Shown piece by piece: positions 43,774 to 54,263 of a stretch of 64,000 nucleotides of DNA (the first letter of the stretch is position 1; every line of letters begins with the position of its first letter). The notes below the pieces were generated by a model. That model was given only the letters and a program-made list of their open reading frames with translations. It was not told the origin of the DNA and ran no database searches. The stretch is from Nitrospirota bacterium (GTDB lineage Bacteria > Nitrospirota > Thermodesulfovibrionia > Thermodesulfovibrionales > JdFR-86), in the NCBI GenBank assembly GCA_963721805.1, contig CAVRJY010000002.1, positions 1 through 64,000 of the forward strand, given 5' to 3'. The translations under genes were made by a program, and so were the position numbers.

Positions 43774-44259
43774 ATGAAACGTGCGATAGTCGTATCAGCC
43801 ATGATAGTGTTCGTGCTGGCCGGTTGCGTGAGCGTTCCGATCGGCCCGAGGGTGATGGTCCTGCCCGCGCCAGGGAAACCCTTTGACGTCTTTGTCTCTG
43901 AGGAGAACACGTGCAGGGCATGGGCCTCGAGGCAGATTGGCCAGAGCACCCAGGAGACGGTCAACCAGAATGTAGCCGCCGGAGCGGTTGTGGGCACGGT
44001 AGTAGGCGCGGGCGTGGGCGCGGCCCTTGGTTCGGTTAGCGGCCATGCGGGCCAGGGCGCCGCGATAGGTGCCGGGACCGGTGCGCTGTTCGGCACCGCG
44101 CAGGGGGCCGAGAACGCGAGGTACTACGGCGAGGAGGCCCAGAGGCGCTATGACATAGCATACATACAGTGCATGTATTCCTATGGCAACCAGGTGCCCG
44201 GACGGCGCGGCAGCAGCAACTACCAGAGCGTCCCGCCTCCGCCTCCGCCTTCGAGGTAG
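43774..44259 (+). CDS. Glycine-zipper lipoprotein
   Basis: LAGC lipobox, glycine zipper, YDIAYIQCM. Confidence 0.8.
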   Translation: MKRAIVVSAMIVFVLAGCVSVPIGPRVMVLPAPGKPFDVFVSEENTCRAWASRQIGQSTQETVNQNVAAGAVVGTVVGAGVGAALGSVSGHAGQGAAIGAGTGALFGTAQGAENARYYGEEAQRRYDIAYIQCMYSYGNQVPGRRGSSNYQSVPPPPPPSR

Positions 44260-44282
44260 CTCGCAGCATTAGACGATAAGAG

Positions 44283-44312
44283 AGCACCCCGCCGAGGCGG
44301 GGTGCTTTTTTT
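44283..44312 (+). terminator. Rho-independent terminator
   Basis: AGCACCCCGCC-GA-GGCGGGGTGCT followed by a T-run. Confidence 0.8.
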
Positions 44313-44410
44313 GTCCGCAATCCAGCCGATTGAAACATCATTGTCGCAAGTCCCCATTTTTGTATCATCACGCAAATTATTATTCCCTGCTAATTCAAGA
44401 GGTTGCCTGC

Positions 44411-44426
44411 TGGCATGGAACTTGTA
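44411..44426 (+). promoter_or_regulatory. Sigma-54-like promoter
   Basis: TGGCATG-N4-TTGTA (variant -12). Confidence 0.5.
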
Positions 44427-44487
44427 TTTCCGTCCTCGACTGGCTGGACGGCCATGAGGGCGGCTAAATAATTTACTGGAGGACACG

Positions 44488-45273
44488 GTGATGAAGAGAA
44501 GGTTTACGAGTTTGGTATTGGGGTTGCTGCTGGTTCTGGGGGCAACCGGCGTGGCTTTGGCTGATGAGGCCCCGGCCGCGGCCCCTTCCATACCCACATC
44601 CGCTACGGCGTCGGTAAGCTACCTAAGCCAGTATGTCTGGCGCGGCCTCGTCCTGAGCGACGGGTGGGTGATACAGCCCTCGATAGACTTCAACTACGGC
44701 GGGTTTAATGCCAATCTGTGGATGAACTACGACAGGAACCCGGACATCCAGCAGACGAACGAGACTGACCTGACTCTTAAATACACATACTCGGTCAAGG
44801 ACCTGAGCCTGAGCGCGGGCTATATCTACTATGGCGTCGTGGGCGCAAACACCGAAGAGGCGTTCGCCACACTCTCGTACGCGACGATCTTAAACCCGTC
44901 GATCACCTACTACCAGGACCTCCGTCTCGGCGATGGCGGCGGCTTCGCGGTGCTCGCGGTGAGCCAGACGAGCCCTGAGCTCTGGCACGGGATCACGGCC
45001 GGAGGCGGCGCATCTGTGGGGTATGACTGCAACGATGCGGTGATGGGATTTAAGAAGGACGGCAAGAAGTACAGCGGATTCTACAACGGCGAGCTCTCGA
45101 CCTTCGTCAACATACCCGTGACGAAGGCTATCTCGATCAGGCCGTCGCTGGCGTACGACTTCCCGCTTACGAAGGACGCGGCATACATAATGAAGTCCTC
45201 GTCCATGGCCTTCGCGGGTAACGCTCATAACTCCGTGCTCTGGGGCGGAGTGACGGTAGCGCTGGCATTCTAA
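44488..45273 (+). CDS. Putative outer-membrane porin, close paralog of 25373-26161
   Basis: Long identical blocks such as QPSIDFNYGGFNANLW and YATILNPSITYYQDLRLG. Confidence 0.75.
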   Translation: MMKRRFTSLVLGLLLVLGATGVALADEAPAAAPSIPTSATASVSYLSQYVWRGLVLSDGWVIQPSIDFNYGGFNANLWMNYDRNPDIQQTNETDLTLKYTYSVKDLSLSAGYIYYGVVGANTEEAFATLSYATILNPSITYYQDLRLGDGGGFAVLAVSQTSPELWHGITAGGGASVGYDCNDAVMGFKKDGKKYSGFYNGELSTFVNIPVTKAISIRPSLAYDFPLTKDAAYIMKSSSMAFAGNAHNSVLWGGVTVALAF

Positions 45274-45383
45274 GGAAGGCATCCCTCCCCCCCTCCGGCA
45301 ACGGTCCCCGGCGTGCCGTTGCCGGGGGGAACTCCTTTGGCCCGGCGTGTGTGGATTTCAGCATTTTGTAGAGCGAAGCAGGC

Positions 45384-46205
45384 ATGAGCGACATAGAGAA
45401 AGGCATGAACCCCAAAGACAGACTGATAACGAGCCGCAACCGGGAGCTGGAGGCCGTGCTGGAGGTCAGCCGGGTCCTGACGGGCTCGTTCGACCTGCAG
45501 GAGAACCTGACGGCGGCGATGGAGACGCTGGGGATAATGCTCGATCTGGAGCGCGGGTGCGTGTTCCTCAGAGACGGGGAGACGGACGAGCTTCGGATAA
45601 TTGCGGCGCACGGGCTTACGCGGGATGAGATCTCGCGCGGCATATACAAGGCGGGCGAGGGGATCGTGGGCTCGGTGATCGAGAGCGGGCAGCCGATGTT
45701 CATCCCTGACATCGGGGCCGAGCCGAAGTTTTTAAACCGCACCGGGTCGAGGCCGACGAAGAAGGGCATCTCGTTCATCTGCGTGCCTATCATGCTCAAG
45801 GGCGCGGCGATGGGCGTGCTGAGCGTAGACCGGATATACTCCGATGAGCGCGGCGGGCTGGACGACGACCTCCGCGTGCTGGGGATAGTCTCATGGTTCA
45901 TAGCGCAGTTCGTCGCGTTTGAGGGCTACGCCCGGCAGGGCAGCATATCGCTTATGAAACCTCGCTGGGAGCATGCATTGGCCAATCCCGGATCTTCGGG
46001 AGCGGGCTCGCTCAGAGATGAGGTGATCAACCTCGAGCGCGAGCGGATGATTCGGGCGCTTACCGAAAACTCCTTCGTGCAGCACCGCGCAGCGACGGCC
46101 CTCGGCATCACGCCGCGGCAGTTCGGCTACAGGCTCAGGAAGTACGGCATCGACCCCGACGCCCTCAAATACGCGACCAGGATCCATACCGACCAGGGCG
46201 TCTAA
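45384..46205 (+). CDS. NifA-like GAF + Fis-HTH protein lacking the AAA+ domain
   Basis: GEGIVG, EPKFLNRTGSR, SFICVPI, GVLSVDR, then LGITPRQFGYRLRKYGI; no GESGTGKE or GAFTGA. Confidence 0.8.
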   Translation: MSDIEKGMNPKDRLITSRNRELEAVLEVSRVLTGSFDLQENLTAAMETLGIMLDLERGCVFLRDGETDELRIIAAHGLTRDEISRGIYKAGEGIVGSVIESGQPMFIPDIGAEPKFLNRTGSRPTKKGISFICVPIMLKGAAMGVLSVDRIYSDERGGLDDDLRVLGIVSWFIAQFVAFEGYARQGSISLMKPRWEHALANPGSSGAGSLRDEVINLERERMIRALTENSFVQHRAATALGITPRQFGYRLRKYGIDPDALKYATRIHTDQGV

Positions 46206-46312
46206 CAAAACCTTTACAACCCTACCATTATGTCCTACAATTTCGTATGATGTTGCGGATTGGTAACCTCACGCCTCGCCTGAACTCCCTGATATATCGG
46301 CAAATATGTATT

Positions 46313-46328
46313 TGGCACGAAAAGTGGA
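46313..46328 (+). promoter_or_regulatory. Degenerate sigma-54-like promoter
   Basis: TGGCACG-N4-GTGGA; good -24, poor -12. Confidence 0.35.
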
Positions 46329-46361
46329 TATCAATTTGGTAACCAGCATCAATAATGTTAG

Positions 46362-46718
<357 letters not shown>

Positions 46719-46722
46719 GGCC

Positions 46723-48111
46723 ATGAGACTCCACAGGGTATTCGCTGCACTGGTATTGATGCTGATGCTCGGCATGATGGGCTCTGCTGTAGCCTTCGCG
46801 GATGAGGGGGGCGCGGCCCCTCTCACTACGGCCCAGTCCGCTGTTGTAGCCGCAGTACCCGCCGCCCCGGCCCCGGCGGCCCCGAAGGTCGACAGCGGCG
46901 ATACCGCATGGATGCTGGCCGCGACCGCGCTGGTCATGTTTATGACCCCCGGCCTCGCGCTCTTCTACGGCGGCATGGTGCGGCGCAAAAACGTGCTCGG
47001 CACGATGATGCACAGCTTCATCATACTTTGCATGGTGAGCATCGCGTGGATAGTGTACGTATACAGCATGGCCTTCGGCCCGTCGATTCACGGCTTCGTC
47101 GGCAACCTCGACTGGCTGGGGCTTCGGGGCGTCGGAGCGGCGCCGAGCGACAAGTACGGCTCGACCATACCGCACATCCTATTTATGATGTATCAGGGCA
47201 TGTTCGCGATCATCACGCCGGCGCTCATCACCGGCGCGTTCGCGGAGCGCATGAAGTTCAAGGCCCTCGTGCTGTTTTCGATCCTCTGGCTGACGGTCGT
47301 GTACGCGCCCGTATGCCACTGGGTCTGGAACGTCGACGGCTGGCTCGCCAAGAAGGGCGCGCTTGACTTTGCGGGCGGCACGGTCGTGCATATAAACTCG
47401 GCCATCGCGGGCCTGGTCGGCGCGTTCATGCTCGGCAAGAGGAAGGGCTATCAGGTGGAGGCGATGCCTCCGCACAACCTGACGCTCACCTTCATAGGCG
47501 GCGCGATACTCTGGTTTGGGTGGTTCGGGTTCAATGCCGGAAGCGCGCTTGGCGCTAACGGCCTGGCCGGATTTGCGTTCGTCAACACCAACACCGGTGC
47601 GGCCGCGGCCGCACTGGGCTGGTCGCTCGCGGAGTGGATGCACCACGGCAAGGCCACCGTGCTCGGCGCTGTGTCGGGCTGCGTGGCCGGGCTGGTTGCG
47701 ATCACGCCGGCGGCGGGTTTCGTGACCCCGATGGCAGCTATCGCAATCGGCATCGGCGGCGGGGTGCTCTGCTATCTGGCCGTAAGCGTCAGGCCCAAGC
47801 TCGGTTATGACGATTCGCTCGACGTCTTCAGCGTGCACGGCATAGGCGGCATATGGGGCGCGCTCGCCACCGGACTGTTCGCGACCAAGCTCATCAACCC
47901 TGCCGGAGGCGACGGCCTGTTCTACGGCAACCCCGGTCAGCTCGGCGTGCAGGCGACCGCCGTAGTCGCGACGCTGGTATACTCCGGCGTGGTGAGCTTC
48001 ATACTCTACAAGGTAGTTGACCTGCTCGTCGGACTGAAGGTCTCGGTGGATGACGAACGCAAGGGGCTGGATCTGTCCCAGCACGGGGAAGAGGGCTACC
48101 AGGGGTTCTGA
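46723..48111 (+). CDS. amtB: Ammonium transporter
   Basis: PGLALFYGG, DFAGGTVVH, WFGWFGFNAGS, DDSLDVFSVHG. Confidence 0.96.
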   Translation: MRLHRVFAALVLMLMLGMMGSAVAFADEGGAAPLTTAQSAVVAAVPAAPAPAAPKVDSGDTAWMLAATALVMFMTPGLALFYGGMVRRKNVLGTMMHSFIILCMVSIAWIVYVYSMAFGPSIHGFVGNLDWLGLRGVGAAPSDKYGSTIPHILFMMYQGMFAIITPALITGAFAERMKFKALVLFSILWLTVVYAPVCHWVWNVDGWLAKKGALDFAGGTVVHINSAIAGLVGAFMLGKRKGYQVEAMPPHNLTLTFIGGAILWFGWFGFNAGSALGANGLAGFAFVNTNTGAAAAALGWSLAEWMHHGKATVLGAVSGCVAGLVAITPAAGFVTPMAAIAIGIGGGVLCYLAVSVRPKLGYDDSLDVFSVHGIGGIWGALATGLFATKLINPAGGDGLFYGNPGQLGVQATAVVATLVYSGVVSFILYKVVDLLVGLKVSVDDERKGLDLSQHGEEGYQGF

Positions 48112-48132
48112 GAGATTTTTATCCGTATACAC

Positions 48133-48173
48133 GCGGGGGTGGAGCGACGTGCTCCATCCCCGCTTACTTTTTT
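48133..48173 (+). terminator. Terminator after amtB
   Basis: GCGGGGGTGGAGC...GCTCCATCCCCGC followed by a T-run. Confidence 0.65.
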
Positions 48174-48351
48174 CAAAGCGCGCCAAATCGCTTGATACGT
48201 CGTTGGGCTTCAAAGACTCGCCCTCTATGTACGCCCAAGTACACCATCGGGCGGTCTTCTCGCCCTGCCTTGTCTGAAGACGATTTGGGCGCGCTTTCGG
48301 GGGTTAATAGCTGCTACGCAGATGGACCCCCGCGCCCCCGTGGTCAACGGC
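48172..48351 (-). repeat. MITE/REP-like palindromic element, copy 1
   Basis: About 125-bp core bounded by AAAGCGCGCC(C)AAATCG inverted ends; near-identical reverse complement of 49777-49951. Confidence 0.85.
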
Positions 48352-48391
48352 ATGATTAGAGATATTGCATTTGCTTATGATAGGTGTGCTA

Positions 48392-49414
48392 TCAATTAGT
48401 TAGTTTTGAGCTAATCCCACTTAAATACTCAAGCGCGCTGTCTTCATCGTATATTACCTTTGTCCCATATATTTCATGAAGGGCTAATGGTTTATCGCAT
48501 ATCCAATGTGCAAGGCTTGTTTCAGTTAGAAAGGCATCACAATAGGGTAAAGCCCATTGAGCATGAGAAATATCTGTCAGGTCGTTTGGCTTAAATCGCT
48601 GGCTTTTGTTATATCTAAATAACGCATGGATACTTGCGCCAATATGAATCCAAGGCAATTCCTTGTTAATCTTCTTTTGATCGAAGGCAGCGTAAATGAA
48701 TAGTCGCGTTTGTTTAACTAACTCAGTTCGAACTGTTTCATCCCATGAAGGTGCATGGCCTGTATTCTTAGCATCAAGAAATTCCCAGACCCCATCGATG
48801 TCGTCTTTGAGAACATCCAAGCTTCCTGTAATCTCTAGCATGAATACTTCGTGAAATGTTTTCCAATCTTGGTTTTCATCCTTTCCGTGATTCAGTCTTG
48901 CTATTAAATCTTCTGAATTTTTAGTGTGAAATTCTCCAGAAATATCCTCAGTTTTTCTCCATACATACTTTGCCGGGGTATATGGTTGATTGCCTTTAAC
49001 TTTACTCTCACTATTACGAATAAACAAGATGAGTTCTTGTCCAGCAATACTCAGCGGTGATAAGAAAGTTATCTGTTGGCTTAGTTCGTCCATCACTTTT
49101 GCGATCTGAAGCTTTCCTTGCTCATTACCGTAATTAATTAAATCTTTATGCACATGGGGGCTAAGAGGACAAATTGCAATATTTGAGCGGACGAGCATTT
49201 TCAATATATTGAAGATGTCTACTTGCCTAGGAGATGCCTTGCCAATTGAAGCATTGCTCATATTAATCCAATAGTTGGTATCAAGGTAAATCCTATGCTT
49301 CTTGAGCATTTCTTCTCCAAGTTCGATTTTTGATTGCTCATAAAGTTCTTCATTATGCATAGAAACTATTTTAAACCTTTGTGCAGAATTATTCTCTTGA
49401 AACCATGCGGACAC
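48392..49414 (-). CDS. AT-rich hypothetical protein with PIN-like motifs
   Basis: IYLDTNYWI near the N-terminus; NDLTDISHA..ALPYCDAFLTE near the C-terminus. Confidence 0.6.
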   Translation of the reverse strand: MSAWFQENNSAQRFKIVSMHNEELYEQSKIELGEEMLKKHRIYLDTNYWINMSNASIGKASPRQVDIFNILKMLVRSNIAICPLSPHVHKDLINYGNEQGKLQIAKVMDELSQQITFLSPLSIAGQELILFIRNSESKVKGNQPYTPAKYVWRKTEDISGEFHTKNSEDLIARLNHGKDENQDWKTFHEVFMLEITGSLDVLKDDIDGVWEFLDAKNTGHAPSWDETVRTELVKQTRLFIYAAFDQKKINKELPWIHIGASIHALFRYNKSQRFKPNDLTDISHAQWALPYCDAFLTETSLAHWICDKPLALHEIYGTKVIYDEDSALEYLSGISSKLTN

Positions 49415-49506
49415 TCATGAGCAATAAAGCAATTCCATCTTGTGTCCGAAGCTGGCACACAATCACAAGATACGCCCCCATACCACAACACCCCGGAACT
49501 GGTCAA

Positions 49507-49536
49507 TGGGAACTGGTTCCTAGGAACCAGTTCCCA
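49507..49536. repeat. Perfect 30-bp palindrome
   Basis: TGGGAACTGGTTCCT|AGGAACCAGTTCCCA. Confidence 0.9.
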
Positions 49537-49776
49537 GGAAGCGGTTCCCATGGACGCGTTCCGCCTTTTCGTTCTATCATCGCGCATGAAGTATATAGCA
49601 GATATATTAACGGGACGGAAAACCGGGCGGCCACATGAAAAACGTTTCTGAACGCATGAACACAGGGGTAGCTAAAAAGCGATGAAATCCGCGAGGTTGA
49701 GATGCGTTTTGTTTTTTCATTTGAACGCCCTAAAAAAATACGCGCGGCCGCGCGCGATAACTATGTATATAACTAA

Positions 49777-49951
49777 GCCGTTGACCTTGTGGGGCGCGGG
49801 GGGCGTCCTTCATCCGTGCCCCCCGAAAGCGCGCCCAAATCGTCTTCAGACAAGGCAGGGCGAGAAGACCGCCCGATGGTGTACTGTGACGTACATGGAG
49901 GGCGAGTCTTTGATGCCCAACGACGTATCAAGCGATTTGGCGCGCTTTGAA
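49777..49951 (+). repeat. MITE/REP-like palindromic element, copy 2
   Basis: Inverted copy of 48172-48351. Confidence 0.85.
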
Positions 49952-49964
49952 GAAGGATAGTTTG

Positions 49965-51314
49965 CTAAACCAAAAGGTAGTATCTCACCCAGACGTACAG
50001 GGTAGATACCCCGACCGTCAGTATCATGATCGGCATGCCTATGGACATGAAGCGCAGGAACGACACCTTCCGCCCTGCGCGTTCCGCCATCTCCAGCACT
50101 ATCACGTTTGCGGACGCGCCGATAGCCGTCCCGTTTCCGCCGAGGCAGGCCCCAAGCGCGAGCGACCACCATACGGGCATCAGTTCGTGGTGCTGCAGGA
50201 GCTGGACCCCGCTCAAGTTCGGCCAGAGCTGCCTGCCTATGTCCACTATGAGCGGGTTCATCGTCGCCACATAAGGGATGTTGTCGATGAACGCCGAGGC
50301 GAAGGCCGAAAACCACATCACGACCATCGAGGTCGCGAGCATCCGGCCGTGCGTGATGTCCAGGACCCTTATGGCGAGCCAGTTTATGAGCCCGACCTTC
50401 ACGACCGCGCCTACGATGATGAAAAGCCCGATGAAGAAAAATATCGTCGGCCACTCGACCTCGGCGAATACCGCGTGCAGGTTCTCGGGCCGCGACAGGA
50501 GCAGGAGCGCCCCGGCCCCCGCAAGCGCAACGGTCGCGGGCTGCAGGTGCAGTGTCCCGTGCAGGACGAAGCCGACCAGCACGACCGCGAGCACGCACAG
50601 GGACTTGGTGAGCATCACCGGATCGGTAATCGCCTCGCGCTCGTCCATCGCCATCACGCGCGCCTTGAGCGCGTCCGTGGCCCGCAGCTTCCGGCCCCAG
50701 ATCAGCCTTATCGCGCCGAGATAGCTGATCATTACCAGCGCTATCGCGGGCGTGAGGTGAATGATGAAGTCCATGAAGTCCAGATGCGCCTTAGACGCGA
50801 TCATTATGTTCGGCGGGTCGCCGATGAGCGTGGCGGTGCCGCCTATGTTCGAGGCCAGCGCGCACGAGATCAGAAACGGCACGGGGTCGAGCTCCAGCGC
50901 GTCGGCGATGAGCATGGTCACCGGCCCGATCAGGAGCACGGTGGTCACGTTGTCGAGGACGGCGCTCAGTATGGCGGTGACTATCGAGAACGCGGCCAGT
51001 ATGCGGAATGGCTCGCCCCGGCCCCACTTCGCGCTCTTTATCGCGATGTACTCAAACAGCCCGGTCGGCCGCGTCAGGTTCACGATGATCATCATCGAGA
51101 TCAGCAGGCATATGACGTTCCAGTCCACGCCGAGCTCCTCGGTGTGGAACGCGTCGTGCTGGTCGAGCACGCGCAGCACGAGCAGCACCGCCGCGCCGAG
51201 TATCGCGACCGTGGTCTTGTGGAGCTTCTCAGAGACGATCAGCGCATAGGCGAGCGCGAACACCCCGGCCGCGATCCAGAACTGCGCGCTGAACGCGGGA
51301 TCGACCGGGATCAT
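49965..51314 (-). CDS. ArsB/NhaD (IT superfamily) transporter
   Basis: LDNVTT, SNIGGTATLIGDPPN, DNIP, GACLGGNGT.IGASAN. Confidence 0.92.
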   Translation of the reverse strand: MIPVDPAFSAQFWIAAGVFALAYALIVSEKLHKTTVAILGAAVLLVLRVLDQHDAFHTEELGVDWNVICLLISMMIIVNLTRPTGLFEYIAIKSAKWGRGEPFRILAAFSIVTAILSAVLDNVTTVLLIGPVTMLIADALELDPVPFLISCALASNIGGTATLIGDPPNIMIASKAHLDFMDFIIHLTPAIALVMISYLGAIRLIWGRKLRATDALKARVMAMDEREAITDPVMLTKSLCVLAVVLVGFVLHGTLHLQPATVALAGAGALLLLSRPENLHAVFAEVEWPTIFFFIGLFIIVGAVVKVGLINWLAIRVLDITHGRMLATSMVVMWFSAFASAFIDNIPYVATMNPLIVDIGRQLWPNLSGVQLLQHHELMPVWWSLALGACLGGNGTAIGASANVIVLEMAERAGRKVSFLRFMSIGMPIMILTVGVSTLYVWVRYYLLV

Positions 51315-51461
51315 CTCGATTCACCATTGCCGAGGCGGCCGCTCGGCTTAACCATCAAGTTCCTGGCCCTCATGGGCACCCCTCTCTCCCCTCAAAGAAA
51401 CGCCCCGCATCGTCACGGGGCGTTCCCTGAGGGGTTAGTTAATATCCGGGCGTCGCGGCGA

Positions 51462-51800
<339 letters not shown>

Positions 51801-51813
51801 TTATCCGGTCCTC

Positions 51814-53455
51814 CTATCTGTGTGTGTGGCGCGTCTGGAAGTCAGGGTATGCGGTGACGCCCACCTCGGCCTGGTCCAGACCTTCGATTTCGACCTCTTC
51901 AGGGACCCTGAGCTTGATGAACTTGTCGAGGACCTTGAAGAAGACGTATGAGATCGCAAATACGTATACGAAGTTCGTCAGCGTGCCTATGCACTGGGCC
52001 GCGAACTGCGAGGCGTCACCATAGAACAGGCCCTTGACCGTGCCGGCCACGCCGTTGAAGCCGTCGCCGTAGGTGCCGTCCGCGAAGAGGCCCAGGGAGA
52101 GCACGCCCCATGCGCCGTTTACGCCGTGCACTGAAAACGCGCCTACCGGATCGTCGACTTTGAGCGTGCGCTCGACGAAGAACACCGAGATGATGACGAG
52201 TATGCCCGCTATCGCGCCGATCAGCACCGCCGAGGGCGCGGTGACGAAAGCGCACGGAGCGGTGATCGCGACGAGCCCGGCCAGCATGCCGTTGCACATC
52301 ATGCTGATGTCAGGCTTGCCGTAGCGAGCCCACATGAAGATCATCGAGGAGAACGCGCCGGCGGCCGAGGCGAGCATCGTGTTGGTCGCGATGACGCCGA
52401 TGCGGAGGTCGCCGCCCGCGAGCGTCGAGCCCGCATTGAAACCGAACCAGCCGAAGGCCAGTATGAACGTGCCGACGACGGCCATCGGGATGTGGTGGCC
52501 GGGGATCGCGAAGATCTTGCCGTCCTTATACTTGCCGATCCTGGGGCCGAGCACTATCGCGCCGGCGAGGGCCGCGACGCCGCCGGTCATGTGCACGACG
52601 GACGATCCGGCGAAGTCCACGTGGCCGTGGCCGAGGCCGAAGTTCGTGCCGAGCTGCGGAGAGGAACCCGCCGCCCCATACCCAGTTGGCGAAGAGCGGG
52701 TAGATAACCGCTCCGACGAATATGCCGTATATGATGAAGCTCTTGAAGCTCCAGCGCTCGGCCATCGAGCCGGTCGGGATCGTCGCTGTCGTGTCCATGA
52801 AGACCATCTGGAACAGGAAGAGCGCGAAGACCGAGGCGTCATACGTCACGCCCGAGAGGAAAAATCCCCTCATCCCGAACAGGCCCATGTCGTGGCCGAA
52901 CAGGTGAAGCGTGAACTCGTGGTTGAGTACGCCTGCGCCACCGAGCGAGGCCACGCCGCCCACGCCTCCCATCTGGAGCGCGAAGCCGCATATCCAGTAG
53001 CCGAGCATGCCCAAGCCGTACACCATGAAGTTCATGGCCATCGTGTGGCCCGCGTTCTTGGCCTGCGTGAAACCGGCCTCGACCATCGCGAAGCCTGCCT
53101 GCATGAACATGACCAGGAACCCGGCGACCAGCGTCCAGACCATGTTGATAGCTATCCTGTTGTGGCCGATGACGTCCGCGAGCTTCGTGGCCAGGGGCTC
53201 GGCCTTCGAGAGCGCCGCCATGTCCTCCTTGCTCGGGGCGCCGGAGGTCGCGCCTATCACGTCCGCGGCGCCGCCTGTGTTCGCGCCCGAGGGATCAGGC
53301 TTCGGCTCTTCAGCGGCAGCCGCAGGAGCCGCCGGAGCGGTCGTGGCCGTGGCGTTGACTGCCGCAGGCGCAACTGCGGCTTCGTCGGCATACGCCAGAT
53401 ATGCCGAGCCCGCTATCATTACAATCATCATCAGTGCCATCAACAACCGCTTCAT
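51814..53455 (-). CDS. amt: Ammonium transporter, second type (one frameshift near 52658)
   Basis: FMQAGFAMVEAG, FQMVF, AER, DFAGSSVVH, GWFGFNAGS, DDPVGAFSVHG. Removing one base restores WGGGFLSQLGTNFG. Confidence 0.9.
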
Positions 53456-53556
53456 TTCGGTTCACCTCTTTTTCTTAAATGTTTATTTCCCATCGGCCGG
53501 GATAATAATATCGCCGGCCTGCCCCCGCCGCTGATTCGAGATATCGACATGACTAT

Positions 53557-53572
53557 TGCCAGAAGCATGCCA
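53557..53572 (-). promoter_or_regulatory. Sigma-54 promoter of the amt-glnK operon
   Basis: TGGCATG-CTTC-TGGCA on the minus strand, with correct GG-N10-GC spacing. Confidence 0.6.
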
Positions 53573-53693
53573 GCGGCTATCGGCTTGATTTATAAAGGAA
53601 CTGCAAAGGGAACAAAGATGAGACGAGATGCCGATGTTGTAGGGCGCTTACGTTTTTGTCGAGGGTTGCGTCGTGGATGCGGTTGAAGATGGC

Positions 53694-54263
53694 TTACTTA
53701 GTGACAGGTACTATCCCGTATTCGCGAAGGGCCGCGCTGACCTCATTGACAGGAAGCCCGATCACGTTATCGAGCGGGCCGTCGATGGACTTGACGAACG
53801 CGGCGGCACCGCCCTGGATCGCATACGCGCCTGCCTTGCCAATCGGCTCGCCGGTGACGACATACGCGGCTATCTCGGCCTCGTTAAGCGGCCGGAAACG
53901 TACTTTTGTCGCGACCGCTCCGGATGCCATCTTATCGCCTTCGAGCACCGCGTAGCCGGTGATCACCTCGTGCTCAGCCCCGCCAAGCATTTCAAGCATT
54001 CGCGTAGCGTCGGCATCGTCGCGCGGCTTGCCGAGCACGCTCGCGCCGATCACGACTATCGTATCAGCGGCGAGCACGACCGCATCAGGCATGTGCATGG
54101 CTCGGGCCTTGCCCTCCGCGATCACGCGCGCAAGCTCAACGGGATCAAGTGTGAGGGTCATGTCTTCAACATAGGGACTCTCGATCACAGAGAACTCGTA
54201 TCCGGCATCGGCGAGCAGCTTGCGCCTGCGCGGGGATGCCGAGGCGAGTACGAGCCTAGACAT
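53694..54263 (-). CDS. maf: Maf nucleotide pyrophosphatase
   Basis: LASASPRR, ADTIV, GKAGAYAIQG, NVIGLP. Confidence 0.93.
   Translation of the reverse strand: MSRLVLASASPRRRKLLADAGYEFSVIESPYVEDMTLTLDPVELARVIAEGKARAMHMPDAVVLAADTIVVIGASVLGKPRDDADATRMLEMLGGAEHEVITGYAVLEGDKMASGAVATKVRFRPLNEAEIAAYVVTGEPIGKAGAYAIQGGAAAFVKSIDGPLDNVIGLPVNEVSAALREYGIVPVTK

Noticed and set aside
52640..52680. Programmed frameshift in amt
   Set aside because: No slippery sequence; a single extra base explains it.
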